Part shown: one piece after another, positions 52,633 to 62,202 of the stretch
Layout of the letters: every line of letters starts with the position of its first letter
How positions within the stretch are numbered: the stretch's first letter is position 1
Assembly (NCBI GenBank): GCA_000004985.1
Contig: GG738890.1
Strand: one strand, 5' to 3'
Source of the DNA: Naegleria gruberi
Lineage: Eukaryota
DNA: 64,000 nucleotides
Made by a program: the position numbers and the translations under genes
The notes under the pieces: generated by a model
Databases searched by the model: none
Told to the model about the DNA's origin: nothing
Seen by the model: only the letters and a program-made list of their open reading frames with translations

Positions 52633-54917
52633 TTAATAACCTTGTTGCTGTTCAAAAGATGAGTTTTCTCCATCTTGGCGTTCTTCAGAGGATTGAGACA
52701 GTGAAAGGGCATTAGCTGTTTGTTTCATTAATTGAGTTACGGTAGCAACTTGTTTCTTAACTTGCTTGGCTTGCTCTTCCATATCTTGTGTTTCAAACAC
52801 TCCAAGACTCTTATAGATCGAATTCATGTAAGGAATCATTTTAACTTCAATAATCTTACGAAGGGCTTGTTTTTCCTTCTCCTTAGTTCCTAGCCCCGCA
52901 TCAGAAACTCTTTGTAAATGAATGAGAGCAGCTGTCTTTCTGTCAAGAGCATCTTCCAACATTTTTTGATGGTGATCATAGGCATCCAATTCCTCTTGAA
53001 GGGAAAGGATTGTTTCATCTCTTTCGTTTAATCTAGCTGTTAATGCAATCATGATATCTCGTTGTTTTAACAATAGTTGCTTATATCTGTCAACTTGTGC
53101 CTTATCTTCCTCTATGGATTGCCTTTCTCTCTCCAATTCTTGTAATTTTTTCTCATATTGTTTGTGAACTCGTTCATATTCTTGTTTAATCAACTTTCTA
53201 AAAGCTGGGGTTTCTTCAATTTTCTCACCACCAACTAGTAATTGGGATTGTAAGTGAGCAATCTTTTCTTCCAATTTTCTCTTCAAAGTCTTTTCGTGAA
53301 GGAACTCTCTTGATCTGGATTCCAATGCTTCAATGGCTGCCAATTTATCTTCTTCTGCTCTTCTTCTTTGTTCTTCTAATTCTAAAATTCTTTGTTTTCC
53401 AACAACAGTTTTACTCTTCTTTGAGAGCTCTATTCTGAGCTTCTTCAATTCTTTTTCGTATTTTCTAAGCAAAGCCCTTTGATCTAAATCCTCATTGACA
53501 GTTACAATATTCTTGATACATTTAGCTCTCTTGGCAAAGTGGAGAGTGGAGAGAGATTCACCGTGGAATTCCATAGCCGGAGAAACCATGGCCAACATGG
53601 TAGTCCTGCAATTACCTCCCAAACTGTCAGCCAATAAACTTGTAAGCTTTGAGTTTCTGTATGGAACATAGTTGTCTTTCTTTGTGAGAGCGGAAATAAC
53701 CATACCCAAACAAGTCAGAGACAAGTTGATCTTTTTAGTTTCTTCTAAAAGTTCTCCAGAGGCACCACTTACTGACACTCTTTCACTTCCAGCCAAGTCA
53801 ACAAGATTAAGCTTACCAATACGATAAGATTCTTTAACTTCCTGCACAACCTCTTTTCCAGTGATGGCGTCTGCATTGGCACAATCGATATCTTCCTCAT
53901 TTGAAATTGTTCTTTCCAAATGTTCTGCAACAATGATAAACACTGCGTGAGATCTACTACTTCCTTCGTTGAGTTTTGTAGGGGCTTTAGCTCTTCCCTT
54001 TCTTCCTTTGTCAATCAATTGATAAATTTCTTTAGGTGTTCTTACAACTTCTTCAGTCAACCCTTCAACGCAGGTTCCTTTCTTTTTATATTCTCTTATT
54101 GTTAAATTTGTTTTTGTTGGATCCAACAGATCATAAATTACTTCCTTATAAATTTGTAAGTAAGATGCTCTGATTAAAAAATTAACATTTGAAGATCCTT
54201 TTGTTTCAATATCTGATTCTATTTAAGAATATCGGAATCAATAAAACTTACATTCAAAAATGTCCTCTGTTGCTCTTGGAATAACACCTCTTAATTCCCT
54301 CTTATTTTCGAACCCTTCCATAGTATAGGTCTTGCCTGTACCAGTTTGACCGTATGCAAATAAGGTTGCCTGATTGAAAGTAAGATAAAATCAATCCCTT
54401 AACAACTTACATTGTATCCTTTAAGTACTGATAATACAGCTCCTCTGGCATGATTTTCATAAATTTCGTCTTGTCTACTATCCTCGCCATAGATATGATC
54501 AAATGTAAATGAATGTCCTACAGAGTAGTTTGCATCAGGTGAATCCGAAATCACCATGCTCTTCCTTGAATCACTAATCCTAATTGTACTGATAAGAGGT
54601 TCACCTCTATCTTGACATCCCTTTAATTCTCTTGGAAGGAATGGTCTAACACGAATAACAACGGTAATGTTTTCCTTTGGTGAATCATCATATTCAGCCT
54701 CGGCAACTGTGAGTTCTTCATGGTATTCTTCGTTTTCATCCTGAGCCAGATTATTTGTACTTTGACTTCTGTTGCCACTTGGCACAGCTCCTGAAGGCAA
54801 AGCAGTAATACTTCTTCTCAAACTTCCACTCGACTGACTTCTATTCATATTTTTTTTTAAAAAATGTTTTTTGTTTGAGATTGGCGGGAAAGTTTTTACA
54901 GTTGGTGTATGATTCAT
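52633..54917 (-). CDS. kinesin motor protein (N-terminal motor, kinesin-2/KIF3-like neck and stalk), 3 exons
   Basis: Exons are about complement(join(52633..54212,54252..54369,54411..54917)), 2205 nt giving 734 aa. Introns are 41 and 39 nt, starting GTAAGT. Motor motifs are [28 protein letters not shown] (exon 2), [19 protein letters not shown] and [12 protein letters not shown]. The neck [12 protein letters not shown] resembles KIF3 LRQFQKEIEELKK. A long coiled coil follows. An alternative start at the second ATG (about 54848) is possible. Confidence 0.85.
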
Positions 54918-55047
54918 TATTGGATCTAGATTTTGGCGGCCTATTTTTAAAATGGCATAATTGTTGTTGAATTATTCCTTTGATTTTACATAATTTTTTT
55001 TGGTTTTTTATTTTAAAATACATACAGAAATAATTGTCGATTATAAA

Positions 55048-55923
55048 TTATTTGGTCTTGATCTTCTTGGCACCAACCTTTGGGAAACTGGATTCATCAG
55101 CTGACTTTCCTTCTTCCTTTTGATTCCAAGTTGCAGAACTGCTTGAAGATGTTGTTGTACTAACGAAAACCTTGGCAGTTGAGGCTGACTTTTCAGTACC
55201 CTTCTTTGGTTTAGTTTCAACAACTTCAACAGGTACTTCCTTAGTGTTTGAATTCCAGAAATCATCTTCATTAGCATATGGATCTCTGACAACAGTACGT
55301 CTCTTTTCCTTATTAACTGTTGGTTGAGCAGTTGCTACTTCTTGTTCGGAATCAGATCCTTCACTGTTACTGTCGGCTTGTTTAGCTTCAACCTTCTTCT
55401 TGGTTTCTTGTTCTTCATCGGATTCATCCTTCTTGGTATCAACAAACTTTTTAAAGATGGACTTGTTTTCATCCTTCTTTTGTTTCTTTTGTTCAACCTT
55501 TGGTTCAGCCTTCTTTTCATCCTTCTTACGACCAGTTGATTCAGGTCTCTTGACAACTTGGAAGGTTGGATCTTCTTCCTTTTGCTTCTTGGATGACTTT
55601 TGTTCAGTAGTGGCCTTCTTGGAAGTAGTAGCCTTCTTCTTTGATTCAGTTTGTTCAACAACAACTTCCTTCTTCTTGTTCAATCCATAGAGTTCAGCAA
55701 CATCAATGGAATCAAGTTCAGAAGCATCTTCATTTTCTGAGGCAGAGGAAGCAGCAGTAACAGTAGCCTTCTTTTCTGACTTATTCTTCTTCTTCTTACC
55801 AGCAGTGGTTGGCTTCAACAATTCACTCTTGTTGACACTAGCAGTTCCGGAACCACTTTTAGTATTAAAGAAGAGGAAAGCAGCAGCAACCAAAACCAAA
55901 GGAATGATCAAATAGAGCAGCAT
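55048..55923 (-). CDS. N-terminal signal-anchor + K/E-rich low-complexity protein
   Basis: The true ATG is at about 55923; the track ORF starts at an upstream TTG. The product starts MLLYLIIPLVLVAAAFLFF and continues about 270 aa that is roughly 35% K/E with S/T runs. The antisense strand is covered by spurious ORFs (55324..55915) that arise from the low-complexity coding. Confidence 0.4.
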   Translation of the reverse strand: MLLYLIIPLVLVAAAFLFFNTKSGSGTASVNKSELLKPTTAGKKKKNKSEKKATVTAASSASENEDASELDSIDVAELYGLNKKKEVVVEQTESKKKATTSKKATTEQKSSKKQKEEDPTFQVVKRPESTGRKKDEKKAEPKVEQKKQKKDENKSIFKKFVDTKKDESDEEQETKKKVEAKQADSNSEGSDSEQEVATAQPTVNKEKRRTVVRDPYANEDDFWNSNTKEVPVEVVETKPKKGTEKSASTAKVFVSTTTSSSSSATWNQKEEGKSADESSFPKVGAKKIKTK

Positions 55924-56560
55924 TTTCAATAAATTAAGAATATTACTATAGAGTATAATGATGTGAGGGAGAACAAATTAATCCACAATATATTATTGTT
56001 AATATCTTGTTGATGATGCTGTTAATGGTAATCAAAAAAATCCAAAAGAAGCTTGCTCCACGTGAGGTTTTCTCTCTTTTTTTTATTCTCTGCTGGCTTG
56101 AAAAGATTTTGTTTTCCTTGTGCTGAATAAATGTTAGCTGGCATTTTTGCGATTACGTGGGCAGAGTTTGTTGCTGGCAAGAACAATTTCAAGATTATTG
56201 TAATCCATCATTGTTACCCTATGATGATGAAGAAGAGGAGAATTTGGTGTTAGGGATGATGAGAAGGTTTTTAAAAGAGTCTTCCGATGATGAAAAAAGA
56301 AAGAAAGGCTATTGTTGGATGATGATCTACAAGTACAATTAGGGAAATGTAGTTGATGAGTAGACTTGGAATAGATTGAACAATATTCAATTAATTATTA
56401 TTTATCTAAATAATATTTCCTTCAAATTAATATTAAATTTATCAAGTGATTAATATATTATTTACCCTATGTAACACACATTAGAAATGTATATTCATTA
56501 AGGTTGATTTCTTCCTTGAGTTTTATCAAACAACAAACGAAAAAAAAATACAGCAAACGA

Positions 56561-57736
56561 ATGTCTCTGCAACCATTCCACAATTTCACAACTGTAGCCA
56601 ACACGCTCACACAAGATTCATCATTCGCATTCAATTTGAATGTAACCATCGTGAGACATGTTAAATGGATTTCAGATTCATTGTTGACTTTCTTTGTAGA
56701 GAATACCTATGCTTCGGATTGTGTTAAAATCTATAGAACTTGTCCATTGCAATCTGGTGGTATGAAAAATTGTGAATTGATCGAGAGTGTGAAATTGGTA
56801 ACTGATGAAGATTGTGCTGCAAATGTCAAGACATCAATTGGCTGGTTGGAAGTTGCATCATTTCCAACAACTGGATCAATTTATTTGATGACAGTCATTA
56901 AGAAAGTTAACGGAGAGGAAGTGAAATATGTGGAAAGAATATTTAAATTGCAAAATATTGGCAGTGGCAGCTCGTTGGAACAATTATGTCATTCTAATGA
57001 GTTGACTGTGAGAATGGCCTGTTCAATAATTGCAGATGAGGAAAGAGAATGTGTCTATATGATTGGAGGACTGAATATTAGAAAAGATGCAGAATTATAT
57101 AGAGATGACATTTCACAATTCAATGTGAAAACAATTGAATGGTCACTTTTAACAAATGTTGAAACAGTAGCTCTCTATTCTCATTCATCTCTAATGTGGA
57201 AAAACAAGTTCATTGTAATATTTGGAGGTTATATCTCATCATGTTCAGTATCTAGTAATATCACTCTTTACAATCTTGAAACAAAACAATGGCTCACTGC
57301 TTTCCATCTTTTGGAAGATAGTCCATCAAAATCTAAAGCAAATGGTAGAACCAATTCAGGAATTGCACTACTTCCCAATGAATGGGCGTGTAAATTCAAT
57401 CGCTCCATTCCGAATAATTCAGAATGTGATACTTTAATTATTTATGGAGGCAGAATTTCAAAACTGGTTTCAAAGAGACTTGTGTATGTAGAATCGAGTG
57501 ATATATTGCTCTTCCATTTGAACGAATCAGAATTGAAAGTGAGACAGAGAAGAGAGGAATATAGTGTGGAGTTTCCATTCGAGTTGAAACATTTCATTTT
57601 GGCAATGCCAAAGAATGAATTTAGTTCATTGTTTGTTTTTGGAGAGGAAACCAGCAAAATGTCATTGATTTTTTGTGGTTGTAATAATATTAGCAAGGCT
57701 GACTTGTTTTCTTCTCCAAATGTTAAGAAGAATTAA
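56561..57736 (+). CDS. Kelch-type beta-propeller repeat protein (tentative)
   Basis: The track ORF starts at a TTG (56504); the first ATG is at 56561. Repeated ~50-aa units with a GG doublet and hydrophobic beta strands occur: YMIGGLNIRKD..LYRDDISQFNVKTIEW, FIVIFGGYISS...ITLYNLETKQW and LIIYGGRISK... Confidence 0.45.
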   Translation: MSLQPFHNFTTVANTLTQDSSFAFNLNVTIVRHVKWISDSLLTFFVENTYASDCVKIYRTCPLQSGGMKNCELIESVKLVTDEDCAANVKTSIGWLEVASFPTTGSIYLMTVIKKVNGEEVKYVERIFKLQNIGSGSSLEQLCHSNELTVRMACSIIADEERECVYMIGGLNIRKDAELYRDDISQFNVKTIEWSLLTNVETVALYSHSSLMWKNKFIVIFGGYISSCSVSSNITLYNLETKQWLTAFHLLEDSPSKSKANGRTNSGIALLPNEWACKFNRSIPNNSECDTLIIYGGRISKLVSKRLVYVESSDILLFHLNESELKVRQRREEYSVEFPFELKHFILAMPKNEFSSLFVFGEETSKMSLIFCGCNNISKADLFSSPNVKKN

Positions 57737-57796
57737 GATTGTAAATTAGTTTACAATACTATTATTGGAATATTTTAGAAAAAAACTTTAAAAAAA

Positions 57797-58866
57797 ATGA
57801 AAGAACATTCTCTGTTAAATTTACCCACGGAAATCCTACAATTAATTATTTCCTTCCTAATCTATGAATCTACATCAGAAAATTGGAAAGAATTACTTTC
57901 GAATGATTCGTGTTTCTATCGGCCAATTTCTATTCCACTTGAGAGAATGAAACAAATTGTCTTGAGTTTGCAATCTGTTTGTTCATATTTTCTAAAAGAT
58001 TATTTACCTATTGGAAAGAAATTAAACGAATTTTGGTTGCTTGTGATGCAAAGAGAATTTTACTATACGAAACAAGTGATCGAAAGTGAAAGGGAAAAGA
58101 TGAGATGGAAATCTAAACGATGTTATGGATTATTGAAAAGAATGGTGGAAATTAAATTTAATGATGCTTGTTATCCTATTGGAAACATTCAAAAGAATAA
58201 TCAAGATTCGTATAGATTCAAAGCATGTGTTATTGGAGAAAATGCTGGAGAAGAAAAGTTAACTAAAAGATACACGAACGATGACAATAATCAAAATTTT
58301 GACATTGAATTTATGTATCTCAATGATCGTGGTAAGTTTATTTGAGAATTATTGAGATTAATTTAAAGTTAGATAAAATAATTCGAAACTGTGAAGTTTC
58401 CATAATTGTCTTCCCATCGATTCATGAGTCGGATGATGCACTTGAGGATAGTTTAGCTCATTTAAGTTCTATAATACGTCAAGTGTTGAGAATTAGAGAT
58501 TTTGATGATGCTCCATGTGTGATTGCATTCTCAAAAAGTGATTCATTAGACGAATCTTCTTATTCTCAATTCGAAACAAGAACGAAAGAACAGTTTATTA
58601 GGAGAATAATGGCACAACAAGACATGCTTAATTGTGGAATTGTTCATAGGAGTGCTGAAAATGGAGATGGAATTGATGAGATTGTTAAAGAAGTTATCAA
58701 TAGATATTTAACTTTGGTTTCGTCCAAAAGTAGAACAACTACTAACAAAATTTACCAAAATTGGCATACAGGAACAATTTTGCAAAAAATTATTTCTTCA
58801 GAAAAAGAAATTTACTCAATTGTATCCAACGAAACAGGTGGAAGTTCAAGATGTGAATTGATGTAA
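57797..58866 (+). CDS. F-box-like N-terminus + degenerate Ras/Rab-like pseudoGTPase domain, 2 exons
   Basis: Exons are about join(57797..58331,58397..58866) with a 64-nt intron GTAAGTTTATT...CTGTGAAG, 1005 nt giving 334 aa. The N-terminus LLNLPTEILQLIISFL is F-box-like. The GTPase-like part is KACVIGENAGEEKLTKRY (degenerate P-loop, GKS/T lost), YLNDR in place of DTAGQ, DAPCVIAFSKSDSLDE (NKxD replaced by SKSD) and NCGIVHRSAENGDGIDEIVKEVI (SAK-like). Confidence 0.55.
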
Positions 58867-59199
58867 TATTTGGTCAACCAAAATACTTCTTAATTTAAAT
58901 ATTTATTTGGAAAGTTTCAAATCTGCAAAGTAAGGATCATTGAGGAGATCGATTGTTTGTGGTCTAACATCTGGATCCTTTTCTATCATTCTAATAACTA
59001 ATTGAAAAACCAAAACCAGCCAAAACAGTTGAAATATTCTCTTCACCTAAATCTCTAATAAAGATATTCGAAGGTTTAACATATTGGGAAAATAAACGAA
59101 TGTTGTTGAACATGATAAAAAAGACTTTACAATTAGTTAATACTGAAGAGAATTATAGACAACCGATTCAATATTGAATAATTAAACTTTACAAAAAAA

Positions 59200-60162
59200 A
59201 TGCATCAAGATTGTTGGGCTGAAATTATTCCATTTTTGCAACCGATTGATGTTTTAGCTTCCCTCCTCACAATCAATCATAGCCTTCACAATTTAATTAA
59301 AAAATTGTGTATTGTTACTTTTGATAGAATTTCCCAATTTACAGCTGGTTGTTGTTCTGAGTTGAAAATTTCATTTAATTGTCATGATGATTTTGAAAAT
59401 ATTGAAAAGATTAATCATGATGTTCCAATATATGGGAATGTAAAATATTTCATCCGATTATACTTGTTAAAATTATCCTTAAAATTAGGAAATCAGGATC
59501 CTGAGAACGGAGATCTCAATGTAATTTCAGACATTTTGAATAGTTCAGAATTGAAATTGTTGAATTTCTATCGATCTGTCTTTACTGAATTTAAATTTCC
59601 ACAACAGAAAAATCCATCAACAATTGCTTATTGTGTGGTGGGAGAGGCTGGAGTTGGAACGTGCTACTTTTGTGAATTTGTTCGGTTTGGAAAAAAGTCA
59701 TATAGTTTGCGATATGGATTTGAATCCTTTTACAAAAAATTTACAATTCCAAACGAGATAGAATGGCAACAGCAAATTTGGATACCAGATGGATCTGAAA
59801 GGTTCTATTCGAAACAAGATGTTATCCAAAGATACAAAAAATATGATAAGAGCATGTATATTCTTCCATGTTTTTCAATGAATTATGAAACGTCATTTCA
59901 AACAGTAGGAGATTGGGTTTCAATTATTAGAGATACTCTTGGAATAATTGTTGGACTCAGTACTACAGATTTCTCACTAGATCCTCTTGAAGAAAAGAAA
60001 GTTAGTTTGAACGATGCTGTGAGGAAGGCATTCGAACTTGGATTTTCAGTATTTGTGGAATCTGATGACAATCACATATTTACTCCATTTTGGTTCATTC
60101 AATTGCAATCCACCTATTTCACTTTTAATAAGAATGATAATTGGGATTGTTCTCTAATGTAA
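59200..60162 (+). CDS. F-box-like N-terminus + degenerate Ras/Rab-like pseudoGTPase domain (paralog of 57797..58866)
   Basis: This 320-aa single ORF has an F-box-like N-terminus WAEIIPFLQPIDVLASLLTINHSLHNLI. The GTPase-like part is AYCVVGEAGVGTCYFCEFVRF (P-loop lysine lost), IWIPDGSERFYS (DTAGQE-like), IIVGLSTTDFSLD (NKxD lost) and GFSVFVESDDNHIFTPF (SAK-like). Confidence 0.5.
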   Translation: MHQDCWAEIIPFLQPIDVLASLLTINHSLHNLIKKLCIVTFDRISQFTAGCCSELKISFNCHDDFENIEKINHDVPIYGNVKYFIRLYLLKLSLKLGNQDPENGDLNVISDILNSSELKLLNFYRSVFTEFKFPQQKNPSTIAYCVVGEAGVGTCYFCEFVRFGKKSYSLRYGFESFYKKFTIPNEIEWQQQIWIPDGSERFYSKQDVIQRYKKYDKSMYILPCFSMNYETSFQTVGDWVSIIRDTLGIIVGLSTTDFSLDPLEEKKVSLNDAVRKAFELGFSVFVESDDNHIFTPFWFIQLQSTYFTFNKNDNWDCSLM

Positions 60163-60854
60163 AAGTAATAAATAGTAGATTAAATACGCAGTTTAGGAAC
60201 TTGTTTGATATTCCAAACCTAATTAGAGCAAAAGACTACAGCACCACAGGTTCCCAAGTTGTCTCCAACCTCAGTACTGATGTGGCTCGACGATGCTTAA
60301 CTTCTCAAATCGGACGGGATGAGGTGCATTCATCGTGATATGGCCGTAGCCATTCAATTCATTATCGCTATGAATATAAAGAATATGGAACTTCTTTTGC
60401 ATAACTTAATGCAACTTAGTAATACTTAAGGTGGTTAACCTATTAAGCTCTGTAAAAAGTTATCCTTGATCAATCGATTCTCACGACCAACTCAATACAA
60501 ACTTTTAGTAATTAAGTTATAACAATTTAGTAACATTATTTTTGGATATTCTTTTTAGTTTCATTGGACGGGAAGCCTGCCAGGAATATGACTGTGCATA
60601 CAGTTGTATGAACAGTGAAGGCAACGAAGACAGAATCTTGTTGGTTCAGGTTTTGTTTGAAGAAATTGATTAGGTTGATCACCCTTCTATAAATTGAATA
60701 TTTGACTGGTAAATTGATGGATGCAAGTTTTGGTTTCTCATTTTCTGATCAAATCGAAATTGAAACTTCAAACAGTAGCTGCCTTAATTTAACCATTCTT
60801 AGCTTAAAATAAAATTTACAAACCAAGAAAGATGAAATTCTAAATTGATATGCT

Positions 60855-60894
60855 CGATTTTTAAAAAAACAACCACTAGTTTTTTTAAAAATCG
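60855..60894. repeat. perfect 15-bp inverted repeat (hairpin) cgatttttaaaaaaa-[caaccactag]-tttttttaaaaatcg
   Basis: It was read directly: a 15/15 complementary stem with a 10-nt loop in the noncoding tract between the last host gene and the retroelement gag ORF. The stem is A/T-only apart from the terminal CG, so the chance of random occurrence is non-negligible. Confidence 0.4.
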
Positions 60895-61200
60895 CATGTA
60901 CTAAATAATTGTTCTGTACCATTACATTTTGTAGTTGAACATTTGCATTAATCACTTGATTATCATGGTTTTTGTTGTCTATTAAATTATGATATTTAAA
61001 AAATTCATAAACATAAATATTTTCAATATTAATGGCTAGTTGCGAGGAACGATGCAACGTTAGTATTTCGACAAATTGTAAACAATAAAATTGAGTTGAT
61101 AAATAATTTTTATGCTCAAAAAAATTAAGAAACATGGTAAACACACCAAGCAAAATCATTGCTGACACCCCTGGCAAAACAGTGACTGCTATCAGAAAAA

Positions 61201-62202
61201 TTATTTCTGCTAGTAAGTCAGCTGACAGCGTTTCAACTTACAAGTCTGGATATCCCAGCAATTGATGAAGGTAGTTCAGTGTCATCACAGACTAAACCTT
61301 TAGATAATAATCAAAGTGGTTCTGGAAATAACCCAGTTTCATCGCAAACTAAACCCTTGGATAACAACCAAGGTGGTTCTGAAAAGAACCTAGATGCTAT
61401 TCTTCACGCCATCACTTTATTGGGTGAGAGAATTAAACATCTTGAAGCAGTTCCACCCATCCTTCAAGAAGCTGATCAACTTGATGACAACTCTGATGAG
61501 GATTCTGCTGAAGATTCCACTGGTAAACATTGGGGTATGTCAACAATCAAGGAGATTAGAAGACACTACGAAGTTGGCGACAGATTAGCCGATGGAGATG
61601 TCTTAAGTTTTGTTTCAGCCAAAACTCTTCGTCGTTATCAAACCAATGATGCTCTTTTGAATAGAGTTCAATCATTAATGGCTAGATTTGAATCCGTTAT
61701 TCATAATCATCGTACTTATCCCCGTTTGCAAGAAATCCAATCAAAGGGCTTGCAAAAGATGATGGAAATGTTGCATTTGAAATCTAGACTACTCCATTTC
61801 GCTTTAAGTCACCCAATGAACGTTGCTAACATCATTGAAATCACAGAATTAGTTTATCTTCTCTGTGAGGTCGAGAAAATTTTCTTGGAAGAAGGTTTGT
61901 TTGATAGTAATTTTGAGGTTGCCACCAATTTCATTCAACCATTCGTACAGAGCAATACGTTCGCTGACATAACCGAAAAAGCACGTAGTAAGAAGAGAGA
62001 GAAAGCTGTTATCAAGACTGCTTTTGTTGGAAAGATTCAAAAACCCAACAAAATGAAAGAGAAGTTGAACAAACCCTACACTTCTCAACACAACAGCTAC
62101 TCTAAGTCTTACAAGAGTAACTCCAATTTTCAAAAATCAGGAGACTCAAAACCAAAGTACAACAACAACAACAGTGGAGGATCCTTCAGCAAGGACCTCT
62201 GA
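61201..62202 (+). CDS. retroelement ORF1 (gag-like), start codon unclear
   Basis: The frame is open from 61186 to the TGA at 62200..62202. The track ORF starts at a GTG (61279) and the first in-frame ATG lies about 110 codons in. An N-terminal 18-aa direct repeat VSSQTKPLDNNQ(S/G)GS occurs twice. The body is helical and K-rich with no zinc knuckle; the C-terminus is K/S/N-rich. Confidence 0.55.
   Translation, partial: LFLLVSQLTAFQLTSLDIPAIDEGSSVSSQTKPLDNNQSGSGNNPVSSQTKPLDNNQGGSEKNLDAILHAITLLGERIKHLEAVPPILQEADQLDDNSDEDSAEDSTGKHWGMSTIKEIRRHYEVGDRLADGDVLSFVSAKTLRRYQTNDALLNRVQSLMARFESVIHNHRTYPRLQEIQSKGLQKMMEMLHLKSRLLHFALSHPMNVANIIEITELVYLLCEVEKIFLEEGLFDSNFEVATNFIQPFVQSNTFADITEKARSKKREKAVIKTAFVGKIQKPNKMKEKLNKPYTSQHNSYSKSYKSNSNFQKSGDSKPKYNNNNSGGSFSKDL

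Noticed and set aside
55324-55915. Several plus-strand ORFs (55324..55539, 55400..55690, 55706..55915) and one minus-strand frame-shadow ORF (55335..55664) overlapping the K/E-rich gene
   Set aside because: These mirror and frame-shadow ORFs are generated by AAG/GAA-rich low-complexity coding. Their translations are F/L/S-rich nonsense.
60749-61177. Minus-strand ORF 60749..61177 (142 aa) in the tract between the last host gene and the retroelement
   Set aside because: It has extremely AT-rich, I/F/N/K-dominated composition, no motif, and an antisense position relative to the element. Most likely it is a chance ORF in flank or terminal-repeat DNA.
62200-62202. Single in-frame TGA between gag and RT suggesting MLV-style stop-codon readthrough gag-pol
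   Set aside because: On exact frame bookkeeping the RT/RNase H motifs (FIYIDDILIL etc.) are in the +1 frame, which opens at 62069 and overlaps gag, not in the gag frame. Expression is therefore more likely by +1 frameshift or internal initiation. The post-TGA continuation of the gag frame is nevertheless reported separately as an unexplained second open frame.
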